DNA of 63,088 bases, filler included, from Asterionella formosa (lineage: Eukaryota): the NCBI GenBank assembly GCA_002256025.1. It is 29 parts of 29 records of this genome, joined end to end, with 100 filler letters (N's around TTAATTAATTAA, not from the genome) between each part and the next. Parts side by side here need not be neighbours in the genome. Positions count along the whole stretch, not along the records: positions 1 to 2,086 come from NKIB01000463.1; positions 2,187 to 4,271 come from NKIB01000464.1; positions 4,372 to 6,455 come from NKIB01000465.1; positions 6,556 to 8,642 come from NKIB01000466.1; positions 8,743 to 10,825 come from NKIB01000467.1; positions 10,926 to 13,008 come from NKIB01000468.1; 23 more parts are not named here. One strand, written 5' to 3'. The position numbers were made by a program, and so were the translations under genes. How positions within the stretch are numbered: the first letter of the stretch is position 1; every line of letters starts with the position of its first letter. Below, one piece after another: positions 1 to 11,400 of this stretch. Under the pieces are notes generated by a model. That model was not told the DNA's origin. It saw only the letters and a program-made list of their open reading frames with translations, and made no database searches.

Positions 1-5
1 ACATT

Positions 6-2086
6 ATGTATAGGACAGCGCAATGGGTCAAGAATCAGACAGCTGAAGTCTATCGAGATGCTTTGATTCAAGTATTCCGTGTTTATAATACCGGAGGATT
101 TAAAATTACAACAATCCACTGTGACAACGAGTTTCGACCTTTGATGGAACAAATTTCCAATGAATTTCAAGTCACTATGAACTACGCAAACCCACAAGAA
201 CATGTTCCCGAAGCGGAGCGAAATAATCGAGTGATTAAAGAACGCGTGCGAGCAGCTTATCATCGATTACCTTTCAACCATTTGCCGCGACTGATGATTA
301 AGATTCTAGTGACAGAATCTGCAAGGAAACTGAATTTCTTTCCGGCAAAGAACGGGATATCCCCGTATTACAGTCCTCGTATGATTTTACATCAACGAAA
401 CCTGGACTATGCTCGACATTGCCAGTATACATTTGGCACTTATGTCCAAGCACATGAAGAACCTGTGTTTTCAAACACAAATGCACCTCGCAGCCTAGAT
501 TGCATTTTTCTACGCTACAATGACAATGTGCAAGGAGGTCATGAATTGTTACACCTACCTACGAATTCATTGATCACTAGACGAACAATTACTCCTCTAC
601 CACTTACCCCAGCAATCATGAATCAAGTACACGCCCTTGCTGTGCAGGAAAACATGCCAGATGGTCTCAAGATAGCAAATCGAACGGGGCAACTATTTTA
701 TGATAGTGCTTGGATTGCAGGAGTGGATTATGATAATGAAGCATTTGAAGATGCACAAGACGAAGATTATGAAGATCAAGATGCTAGTGACAACGAAAGC
801 AATGATGAAATTCTCGGAGAAGAAGACTATGATGAAATGACTCCGGATGAAATATATGAAGCAGAACAGCTCGAATTAAATGACAATACTCAAGAGGATG
901 ACCCTGAACCTGACGAGGGCAACAATGAGAATAATATTGAAATGAATGCAGATGAAATCCAAGATGAGGATGAAGAGCAAGCAACTGAAACTGAAAATGA
1001 AGAGGCATTGTTAGAAGTCAATCCAAGCACTCAGGATGACTCAGACCCAAATGTTAGAACTACAAGGTCTGGAAGAGTCTCAAGACCACCATCAAAACTA
1101 ACTATGGTCCAAAATCATTTGCATACCCAAGCACACTGTCGAGAAGAATACACGACTGATAATGCGAAAGTGATCGCAAAGACAATGTGTTATATGAATG
1201 AGATGTGTATCGATAAAGAAGCATTTCACTTTGTTCAGTCATACAGCTTAAGGAAAGGCCTCAAGAAATTTGGCCAGAAAGGAAGAGACGCTGCTTATAA
1301 GGAAATGAAACAACTACATGATAGAGTTGTGTTTGAACCGATTAGGATTGAAGACCTAACTGATATCGAAAAGCGACGTGCAATGGAAAGTCTAATTTTT
1401 TTGGTTGAAAAGAGAGACAAGAGCATTAAAGGCAGAGCATGTGCCAATGGCAGTTCGCAACGTGAATACATGGAAAGAGATGAAGCAGCTAGTCCAACTA
1501 CCATGACTGAATCTGTTATGATAACAGCAACAATTGATGCGAAGCAAAATCGCGATGTTATGACTGCAGATATACCCAATGCATTTGTGCAAGTGGATAT
1601 CGATGAGAAAGAAAAAGGGGAACGAATCATTATGAAGATTAGAGGTTTACTTGTCAATATGTTGACAGAACTCAGCCCCGAGACTTATGAAAATTATGTT
1701 GTTTATGAAGGGAACAACAAGGTCCTATATGTTAGGATGATCAAGGCATTATATGGCATGTTACAGTCATCATTATTATATTATAAGAAATTTCGGAAGG
1801 ATATTGAGTCAATTGGATTCAAGGTAAACCCATATGATCCATGTGTTGCAAATCGCATTGTTAATGGCAAACAGCACACAGTTACTTGGCACGTAGACGA
1901 TTTGAAATCAAGTCACGTGGACAGCAAAGTGAATGATCAATTTTTGGAATGGCTCAAAAAGAAATACGCTTCTGACGAAATTGGTGAAGTCAAGGTCATG
2001 CGTGGAAAGAAGCATGATTATTTGGCTATGACGCTAGATTACTCTATTCCAGGAGTGTTGAGGGTGGACATGACCAAATATGTGAA
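6..2086 (+). mobile_element. Ty1/copia (diatom CoDi-like) pol: integrase, acidic linker and reverse transcriptase; uninterrupted but truncated by both contig ends
   Basis: Integrase CDNEF...HVPEAERNNRVIKER; RT motifs TADIPNAF, KALYGMLQS, NPYDPCV, WHVDDL. INT precedes RT, which is the copia order. No internal stops. Confidence 0.95.
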
Positions 2087-2186
2087 NNNNNNNNNNNNNN
2101 NNNNNNNNNNNNNNNNNNNNNNNNNNNNNNTTAATTAATTAANNNNNNNNNNNNNNNNNNNNNNNNNNNNNNNNNNNNNNNNNNNN
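2087..2186. other. Artificial contig spacer (first of 28): 44 N + TTAATTAATTAA + 44 N
   Basis: An identical 100-bp linker with stops in all six frames recurs every ~2.18 kb. Contig lengths fall from ~2086 to 2074 bp. Adjacency across spacers has no biological meaning. Confidence 0.99.
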
Positions 2187-2233
2187 TTTAACTAATGTCA
2201 ACAAGTACTGAACGAGTAGATTAATTGTTAAAC

Positions 2234-3074
2234 ATGGCGTAAGTGTTGTGATTTGACTTCATCGGAGACGTTTGTAACGAGACAAGTGAAATAGAGATAG
2301 AAACAATGAGAGGAAGAACGAAGGAAAGGAGGATCGAACGAACAATGAGAACGTAATTCCAATTATCCGCACCGCAGTCTTGCCTGCAATCAAGGAAGAC
2401 CTGTGGATAGACTAGCGTTACCATCCGATGGAGATTGTGGGGTCTAATCACCATGGTGACGCTCATCGTGAGCCTGAGCTGAGGTGATGTCCTGCGTCTT
2501 GATTTTCCTCTTGGATAATCAATGACTGTCTCCTACCTTTCCCATCGATTGATTTTCGCATTCCCCTCACGCTCCAAACTACGATGCTCATATCGCCTCC
2601 CCTTTCTCTCACTAATCCCCATTATATAGAGACGAAACCCCAACGACAGTCGCAGCGTCTGGTTCCCACTTGCCCGTGTGCAAGGAAGGAGAAGAAGTAT
2701 TTGGTGTGGCACATCTCTTCGCTTCCTTCAATGACACCTTTGTCCACATTACTGACCTTTCGGGACGAGAAACTATGGTGCGCGTCACTGGAGGCATGAA
2801 AGTCAAGGCAGATCGCGACGAATCCTCCCCATATGCGGCCATGCTTGCCGCCCAAGATGTTGCGGCCCGGTGCAAGGAATTGGGTCTCACGGCCCTTCAC
2901 ATTAAGGTTCGAGGGACTGGTGGAAACAAGGCCAAGTCGCCTGGACCTGGAGCACAGTCTGCTCTTCGGGCATTGGCTAGAAATGGAATGAAGATTGGAC
3001 GTATTGAAGATGTTACACCCATTCCTTCGGACTGCACTCGTCGCAAGTCTGGACGTCGTGGTCGTCGTCTTTAG
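2234..3074 (+). CDS. RPS14: 40S ribosomal protein S14 (uS11); exon 1 2234-2238, intron 2239-2629, exon 2 2630-3074
   Basis: [25 protein letters not shown]...[32 protein letters not shown] donor, CTCACTAAT branch-like site and TAG acceptor restore the frame (MADETPTT...). Confidence 0.97.
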
Positions 3075-4493
3075 ATTTCCTATGATTGGATTGGACGATG
3101 TCATAACAATATGGATATACTGTCGTTTTTTGCATTTTAATGAAACAGTGGTCACTATACTACTAGCTTACCAGTGTACCGGTAGTAGGATTGTGGGGTA
3201 CTGTAGATGAATGGTAGTGCCCCAAAGGCAACAAGGGATTTGTTTGTCCTTTCTGCAAGGACGAAAACATCTCCAGCACGTTTCAACCAACCAGACAAAA
3301 CAAGAAGTGAAAGGAGGGCCTCAAGACTCCACAGACATGCATCATTACTGGTTCATAGTTTGTTTTGCAAATACATCCATGACACAACCCTGATGGCCTC
3401 CCTTGCAGAAATCACTCATATGGTCTAAAAGCCTACTGGTAGGCAAATTTAACATTGCAGTAACTTCTTCTAGGTACAGGTAAGGTTGTAATGGCAACTT
3501 CCAATAATTTGGCCAAAGTTCCATTATTGATGCAGTCAATGTTATAGACAACAAAACTTGCAGTTTTGAGGATTGTGGTTTTCAAGTGCTGCTCATTTTA
3601 TTAATCAGACTTGTTGGCAAGAGAGATCTATTTCTTGCATAGGCTATGATTGATCCACCATTCTTGAGCAGGATGCTGCCTGTGTTTGTTCATGCATGTA
3701 TTGGATGGAATGCTCATGGAGGAATGATCACTTCATGTCAAGAATGTAGTACATTATGTGCCTCCTTTTGCTCATTATTTAATACATCTTCCAAACCAAC
3801 AAAACATGTCATCCCTACATCTCATTCGAGTTTGTATGTACTGTCCTGTCCTGTACATATGAAGAAGTGCTCCATGTGTCTTGACATATGTAGGAACAAT
3901 GACTTTGCTCCTTCCATGTAGCGGTAGTACATAAGTGGGCGCGCTCTGATAAAAAATTATAATGTCATCTGTATTATAACACAAATCGGGTACTTACCAG
4001 GTTTACCAAATTTGGTCAACACAAACACAAATTTTTTACAGTTATAAATAACAGTGCATTATATAAAAAGATGTTTCGGCATGAATGACTAAATAGAATT
4101 TCCCCGGAATATTTCAAGACTTGCTTGCTCATACTCAAAATGGCTTGCTCTTGCCAAAATAGGTATGCATATTGCATATCATTACATATCAATCAACCTC
4201 CTCAAAACATCGATTGTCATCGCTTTTAGATTTCGACCATGTCTCGATCTTCTTCTGTTCAAAGGAGAGCANNNNNNNNNNNNNNNNNNNNNNNNNNNNN
4301 NNNNNNNNNNNNNNNTTAATTAATTAANNNNNNNNNNNNNNNNNNNNNNNNNNNNNNNNNNNNNNNNNNNNGTTTGCATGTTAACATGCATATTACTAGA
4401 AAACTGGGGAGGTACAACAAGGGATTTCATTTCATGACAAAGCTATTAGAGGTGATGGTATTACCCAGTCTATACAAGGCAGTATATATACTG

Positions 4494-4770
4494 AGCTTTG
4501 TCGAAGGTGCTAGTTAACTACCACTGCACTACATAGCGACGACTTTATGTGCCAGGTACCTGGTACCAGGTACCCAGTCTAAACGAGTACCGGTACATCG
4601 CTACATAGCTTTTTTGTCGAAGGTGCCGGTGCACAACAAAGCTACGACTATATGTACTGGTACCTGGTACCCAGTCTACCCTGTACTCAAGTACCGGTAT
4701 ATGTACATCGCGAGCTTTGTCGAAGGGGCTAGTTAACTACCAGTGCAGTACACAGCTACGACTATATGTA
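4494..4770. repeat. Degenerate ~105-115 bp tandem repeat, about 3 copies, rich in GGTACC
   Basis: AGCTTT(TT)GTCGAAGG...ACGACT(A/T)TATGT recurs at ~4495, 4607 and 4713. Confidence 0.75.
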
Positions 4771-5279
4771 TGGCCATAAAAGGTTGCGCTGAGAGTTGAT
4801 TATTTTTCGGGTACGTTCGTAGTATGTGTGCATACATACCGGTATATATACTCCAGTTCCCATCATGTGTCGTACATGTATACGTGCATAAAATTGTAAT
4901 TGTATATTTGAAGCATCCTAGTGCCGGTATGGGGCATATTGCATGTACTATATCGGTTGTCGCATTATGAAACGATGTACCAGGGTACCAGTACCAGGTA
5001 CCGGTAAACTAAAATTGTCTATGAATCTACATTACCGGTGAGAGTCATACTACGCACCTGATACAAAAAATACATACAACAATTTGGAGACGTATTATGT
5101 ATTATGTATACATAATTCGCGACTATTCATATCTATCAATGCTATCAAAACAAAGAAAGGAACTACCGTCATTAAATGTGGGAACGTATCCTCATCATTA
5201 GCAACAACAACACCATGTCACATCGTCCTGTCGTTCATGTTTCAACGTTTATATAATATTATTATGTATATTACCACGA

Positions 5280-6455
5280 ATGATACAACTACTGCTTGGA
5301 CGACGACGCAATCCTATTCTATCATTCGCTGGTCGCTTCATTTTGTTCCTACTTGTGTTTTCATTGTCCAGCATCGAGATCCGAAAGTACAGTGCCATAT
5401 TTCACAATGATGCTACTACTCATAAACATGTGAACTATACGAGTCAGCTGCTCCCTATCTTTTACTCGTCCGCCATTACTACCATTTCACCACAAGTGAA
5501 AGTGGCGACGCTAATGACAACAGCCAGGAATGATGATCTATTTGTTGACACTAACAGTATCTTGGAAGAAGTTGCAACAGGAGGAGGCATTCATGATTTT
5601 ACGAAGCTTGAAGAAATAGACGATATTGTTTCGTTGCCAAATGAAAGTAATAGCAATCATTCAGAAAGGAAGAAGAAGGATAATAAATCGCACATCACTC
5701 ACGACTTTTCTACATCAAGCAAGGCCGAAAGGCAACAATTAATAGCACCATGGCAAATCAAACTGGATAAGAACACTATAGCCAAGGGCTCTTCCTACAA
5801 ACACAAGAATGATCCGCTCAATATACTTTTCCTTTACGGCGATGATTGGAGACATGACTCTATCGGTGCTGCTGGCACTCAAATAGTTCACACACCGTTC
5901 ATTGATCAGCTCGCACGCGATGGCATACGATTCACCCACAACTGTGTCACCACATGTCACGTCACAAGACGGTTCATCCTCACTCTCCACATTGGTACGA
6001 TACGTGGGAACATTCGTTTCCAGCCAAGTTACGTGAGGCAGGGTACTACGTAGGTCACGTGGGAAAGTGGCACTTTGACCGTAAGCGGTTTGCCCAAAAA
6101 AAGTTTGATGTTGCATCCTTTTATTATGGCAAACACTGGTATGGGAAGCTACACACGACGACAAGGAGTGAGAGAGATGGAATTCATTTTCTCAAGAATA
6201 GACCAAGAGACAAGCCTTTTATGCTCTCGGTGTGCTTCTTTGCTCCTCATTCCGTGGATCACAGTGAAGAGCAGTATGAACCTCAACCAGAAAGCATGAG
6301 CTTGTACGAGAATGAGACGGTAGTGGATCCTGTGAGCAATACACTAGAAGCCTGGAAGGATTTGCCCAGAGATTTCAAAAATAACAACGAAGCAAGACGC
6401 CGCTGGAGAATGAGATTTGACAACGCAACCAAATATCAAAAGATGATGAAGAACT
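5280..6455 (+). pseudogene. Type I (formylglycine-dependent) sulfatase with a frameshifting deletion of the catalytic motif; 3' end truncated
   Basis: LNILFLYGDDWRHDSIG...TPFIDQLARDGIRFTHNCVTT, then the frame switches to MSRH...GYYVGHVGKWH...PFMLSVCFFAPH. The expected CxxSR motif between them is absent. N-terminal TM anchor present. Confidence 0.85.
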
Positions 6456-6713
6456 NNNNNNNNNNNNNNNNNNNNNNNNNNNNNNNNNNNNNNNNNNNNT
6501 TAATTAATTAANNNNNNNNNNNNNNNNNNNNNNNNNNNNNNNNNNNNNNNNNNNNATGTGAACGATTACAAGATAGATCAAATAAGCTCACAATAAGGTG
6601 GGATTAGAACAGAAGGTTTTAATTCACTGAGCTTGTCTAGAAAGAGCAAGCATTGCAGTCAGACTGCAGAAGAATTCAACACGCTTGCAAGCAGATCAAC
6701 TTCGTTTTGCAAC

Positions 6714-8642
6714 ATGACTGAAGAAAAAGGTGAGACCATTCGCCTTGTGAAGTTTGATGGCGAGGACGCCAATTGGCATGAGTGGAGTGTGAAGACACTT
6801 GCACTAGCCAAGACAAGAGGATTCAAGAATGCCTACATGAAGGATACCAATCCATGCAGCGATGCTGTCTACGAAATCACACACAAAGACGATGTCAAGA
6901 AGATCTACGAGATGAACGATCGCGCATACCAGCTCCTGATTATGAGTTGCACTGGGATTGCGCTTGGTTTGGTTCACCAAGCCAAGACAAAGAATCATCA
7001 AGACGGCGATGCATTCCTTGCTTGGACCTACCTCAAGGCTCGCTATGTTCCTAATGCTACAAGCGACTTAATAATCCAACTGTCAGGACAGTTCAACAAG
7101 TGCATCTGTGAGGGGAAGACGCAAGACCCAGATGAGTGGTTCATCCAACTCGAGTTGTTGAGGAATCGAATGGCGACGATTGATTCTGCTTACGAAAAGA
7201 AGGATCTCGAGATGATTGCCCACATACTTGACAAACTACCTAAGGAGTACTCAGAAGTGGTAACAATGGTTGAGGCTATGCCCTCCCTAACACTTGAAGA
7301 CCTTAAGGCCAAGATACGTGCGTTCTTCAAATGCAAGTTTAAGAACGAAAAGTCGGATGGCGAACTTGCTCTTGCTGCCTTTGGAACTAAGTTCAAAGGA
7401 CTCTGCCGCTCTTGCGGCAAGCAAGGACACAAGGCAGCCGATTGTCAAGTCAAGAACAAGGGCACACGGTGACGGAAACAGGCCTCCTCCGAAAGGCATC
7501 AAGTGTTTCAATTGCAACAAGCATGCCGGACATATCGCAAAAGATTGCCCTGAACCCAAATGAGAACGTACTACAACGAAAGAGACCGGCATGTTTGTTG
7601 GCATGTGAACGGCTGACTACAAAGACATCGAAGCAAACGAAAAGAAACAAGATATGAATGACAAGTACAACGAGAACGACGATAAAGAGTGGACTTTTGT
7701 CGGTATTTGCGAGGAAATTATTGATGATTGTGATGTAAAATTTAATAATGAAGAGTTTTGTGCCTCTGCTGTTGCTCCTCGCTCTATTGCCCTACAGGAG
7801 AATTGGCTCGCTGATACTGGAGCTACCGCCCATATCACAATGAGTGATGTCGGTATGACAAATGTACGCCCAGTCAGTGTCACAGTTGTTGTCGGCGATG
7901 GCTCGGAAACTAAATGTACAAAACGCGGTGACATCAAGCTCACCAATGGAGAGAAGACTATGACATTGAAGGATGTCCTGTACACGCCTAAGCTTCACAA
8001 GAACATCATCAGTTTGGGCGTCCTAATCCGTGACGGTTTTGACCTTTCAGTCACAGGGTCTACAATGACAGTTAAGAAAGGTCGTGGAGGACATATTTCA
8101 TTTAACAGAGAGACCTATGGAGTTCTCTATTATTTTAAAGGAAATCGCGCGAGTTATGCCGATGTCGTATCCATGGTTATTGCCCAATTGTCCCAGGGGG
8201 CCGAAAGTACCAACAACTTGTCTACAAACACCCATACAGTTATGAGTGGGGAGGACAAAATGAAGTCACAGGATATCAACGAGGCACACGATATCTACGG
8301 GCATATTGGGGAAGCCGCACTACGTGCTACGTTCAAAGCACTGAAGATAGAACTTTCTGGTATCCTCCGGTAATGTGACGGATGCTCTAAGGCAAAGGCG
8401 AAAGCAAAGGCAGTTTCAAAAGTGTCGACTGTACAGGCTGTACTACCCGGTGAACGGATTTTCGTGGACACTTCAGGGCCGTACAAAAAGTCCATTGTGG
8501 GAAGCAATTACTGGATACTTGTGGTTGATCAATTCTCTGGAAAGTCATGGAGTTTTTTTGTTAAGAAGAAGAATTTACTATCCAAAATTGTGGACGAGCT
8601 ACTTATCAAGCTATTTGCAGCAAAATATGTCATCAAGTATCT
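6714..8642 (+). mobile_element. Ty1/copia gag-pol, degenerate (gag, two zinc knuckles, protease, GAG-pre-integrase, start of integrase)
   Basis: CRSCGKQGHKAADC, CFNCNKHAGHIAKDC, WLADTGATAH, HDIYGH...CDGC, RIFVDTSGP. Frameshift near 7470; stops at 7561 and 8371. Confidence 0.92.
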
Positions 8643-8742
8643 NNNNNNNNNNNNNNNNNNNNNNNNNNNNNNNNNNNNNNNNNNNNTTAATTAATTAANN
8701 NNNNNNNNNNNNNNNNNNNNNNNNNNNNNNNNNNNNNNNNNN

Positions 8743-8982
8743 TTGATGCACGAATGGAGCACCCGTCAGATCGACTTTCCATTGGCGTAACCTCAGGCAG
8801 ACGCCAAGTGCGTATTGTACATGAAGATACCTCATGGTTTTCAAGTTCCAGAGGGAGGTCGATCCGACCACTGCCGCAAGATCCTTAAAAACATACATGG
8901 TGGTCAGAAGCAGGCTGGACGGAAGTGGTCTCAACACCTGACCAAGGGACTGCTATCGGTAGGGTTTGCTCAAAGCTCCTCC
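8743..8982 (+). mobile_element. Copia reverse transcriptase fragment, cut by repeat family AB
   Basis: Reads TRQIDFPLA*PQAD..LYMKIPHGF...LKNI(H)G..KQAGRKW..HLTKGL.SVGF with a stop and a frameshift. Confidence 0.8.
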
Positions 8983-9620
8983 GTCTGTAAATAAAAAAAT
9001 CATGCATATAGAATCAAGGGTATCGTACGCTAAGTGGCACAGGATTTTCGCATATATGATAATTTTTGGATCAAAAATATGATCAAGGAAAATTGTATCT
9101 ATGATGATTTATTAATATGTTACCGACCTTGAAGTATAATGATAATAAGAGCATTATCATCACACAATGTATATAAACTGATCAACAACATTTCTCGTCA
9201 ATATCATTAACCTTCTCATATTATTTTCACTTCTCGTGATCGCCTGATGTAAATTATAACTACAATGCATCCTAAAATCAGCTAAACTATATGCTATCAT
9301 TTGAATTGTTTCATCGTATATCTATTTTAAATAAGATCATATTTATAATTACAAGGATTGTTAAAAAAGGGTTGGAACGGATCTTAATTTAATTATCAAG
9401 TTTAACAATGATATTTCTGTTTCGACAGCTACCCAAGGAATGTTTCTCACCTCTCCACTTGTCTCAATGTATATTCCTTCCTCGCTCTTTCTTCCTCTGT
9501 TCTGAATCGTGTGCGAGGCAGTGCCTTACTGATGCTGCGTCTCTTTCCCTGCTGTAAGTGTCATTCTGAACTTGCCGACTATTCCGTTGTTTGATTGTTT
9601 TTATTGTCCTATGCATGCAG
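8983..9620 (+). repeat. Non-coding dispersed element AB, left part (copy 1)
   Basis: Closely similar to 50557-51190 and 61923-62560. All three start at GTCTG(T/C)AAATAAAAA. Confidence 0.9.
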
Positions 9621-10825
9621 TGGAGAATGCTTGCTTATTCCATGTGGTACCGTAGACATATTTTAATATCTCTGAAACCATATGGGTTTGATCAATAGTC
9701 ATACAATTGGGGCTAAAGAGGAACCGAAGGCCAAAAAATGTGAGACAATTCCCAAGTTATGAACCTTCCAGTGAGATTCTAAGGTGGCAACAATGTGCTT
9801 GTATGTAGTGACAGAATGTGTTCCAATGAGGATATCATCAGTAGCTCTGGCTATAATGACATGGTGAGTATTCATAATTCCTTGGTAAATGCATTGATCT
9901 GCTCGATTCTTTACTAGTCCAAGTTCCCCACATATGACTTTGTCAATATGGTCTCCCCATTCACGGGATGCATCTTTGCGACCTTGAACATGTGCAAACA
10001 TTTCGACTCCAAGAGTTTTCCATGGATATTTGTTACTAGCCAGGAGTGTTTTAGTCATTGACACATATTCAGTAGGGAATCTAGTTTGGAACCATAGGAT
10101 GTACTCAGGAAACACTCTGAGCCAAATGCGATTGCCAGCTTCATTGGGAGGTGCTGGGGTATTTTGAAATGCATTGCTAATATCAAGATGGTAGAAATCA
10201 CAATGCAGATATGTACCAATGGCAAGAAAAACTTTGATAGACATAGCCAAGATGGTTGGTGCAAAAGATTCAGTGTAATCTACTCCTTTGATTTGGAAAC
10301 TGCCATTCACACAGAGGCGAACTTTGCGATCATTGATTTGTTTTGCAGTATTAAGGACATGTTTGAGGACCAGTAAAGCTGGAAGTATCGTTGCATTGAC
10401 AGGAGGGAGTGATGGAGGTCCAAATTTTCCAATACTGTGACAACTATAGTTCTGCAGTCCACTCCCCTTTAAATGGTCCTTTCATTGCTTCGTGAAAAGA
10501 GCGAGGGCATTGGCTGGCTGGCGTAGAAGTTCTCGAAGAGACTGTGAACCCTGATCTGAGCATACTGAGAGCACCTGCACCAAAAGTGAAGGTGTCATGC
10601 CATAGAGCATTAGCGCGAGGTTTCTTCACAGACAGGATGGTCAAGTTTGTAAGAATACCAGGGACAAAGTGAGGATCATAGTGATCCCTTAAGGATAAAC
10701 AACCACGGGTTGCGCTCTCATATCCATCTAATAACTCTTCTGCATCATTTACCGTTTGAACATCATTACCGTTAATCTGTAACAGAATGCGACCACGGAG
10801 TAATTGCGTAGGTCCTTTGGTCATA
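9621..10825 (-). mobile_element. Divergent Copia pol fragment (PDZ-like segment and RT), degenerate
   Basis: PRSFHEAMKGP, NGSFQIKGVDYTESFAP, HLDISNAFQN, QGRKDASREW, RATDDILI. Contains stops and frameshifts. Confidence 0.85.
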
Positions 10826-11400
10826 NNNNNNNNNNNNNNNNNNNNNNNNNNNNNNNNNNNNNNNNNNNNTTAATTAATTAANNNNNNNNNNNNNNNNNNN
10901 NNNNNNNNNNNNNNNNNNNNNNNNNGAGTATTCTTGTAAAAATACCTATTACAGGTTATTATTATATCCAAACCACGCGTCAGACTTCATTTTGTGTGGC
11001 AAGTCTGGACGTGTTAAAATAACCAACCCTCACCTCTCTTTTATATCATGTAAATATATGATGTATTATTATCAGTATGTTATGTACATATGTGGAGTAT
11101 ATAGCTATAGGTACCCTGGTACAAGGGTACCAGGTACCTGGTACCGGTATATTTTGTTGTTGGACGGAAAATAATACCCGTAGTGACAGCTAGTGCACTA
11201 GCAATCAAGTAGCAACGTTTACACATGCAGTGATCATGAATGTTTGTAATTTCGCTGTTATCATCATCTTGTTACAACCAAAACCAAACTCTCATTCTTC
11301 TTTGCCTGTCTCATCCCTTCTTCATTTGAATTGAATTTGTTACCACATAACCTATACAACCTCCTCCCAAATTACCAAAATCATTTATTCCAATTTAAGC

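Noticed and set aside
7440..7570. Programmed frameshift or readthrough in Copia gag
   Set aside because: Several independent lesions in the same copy and no slippery heptamer, so decay is the simpler explanation.
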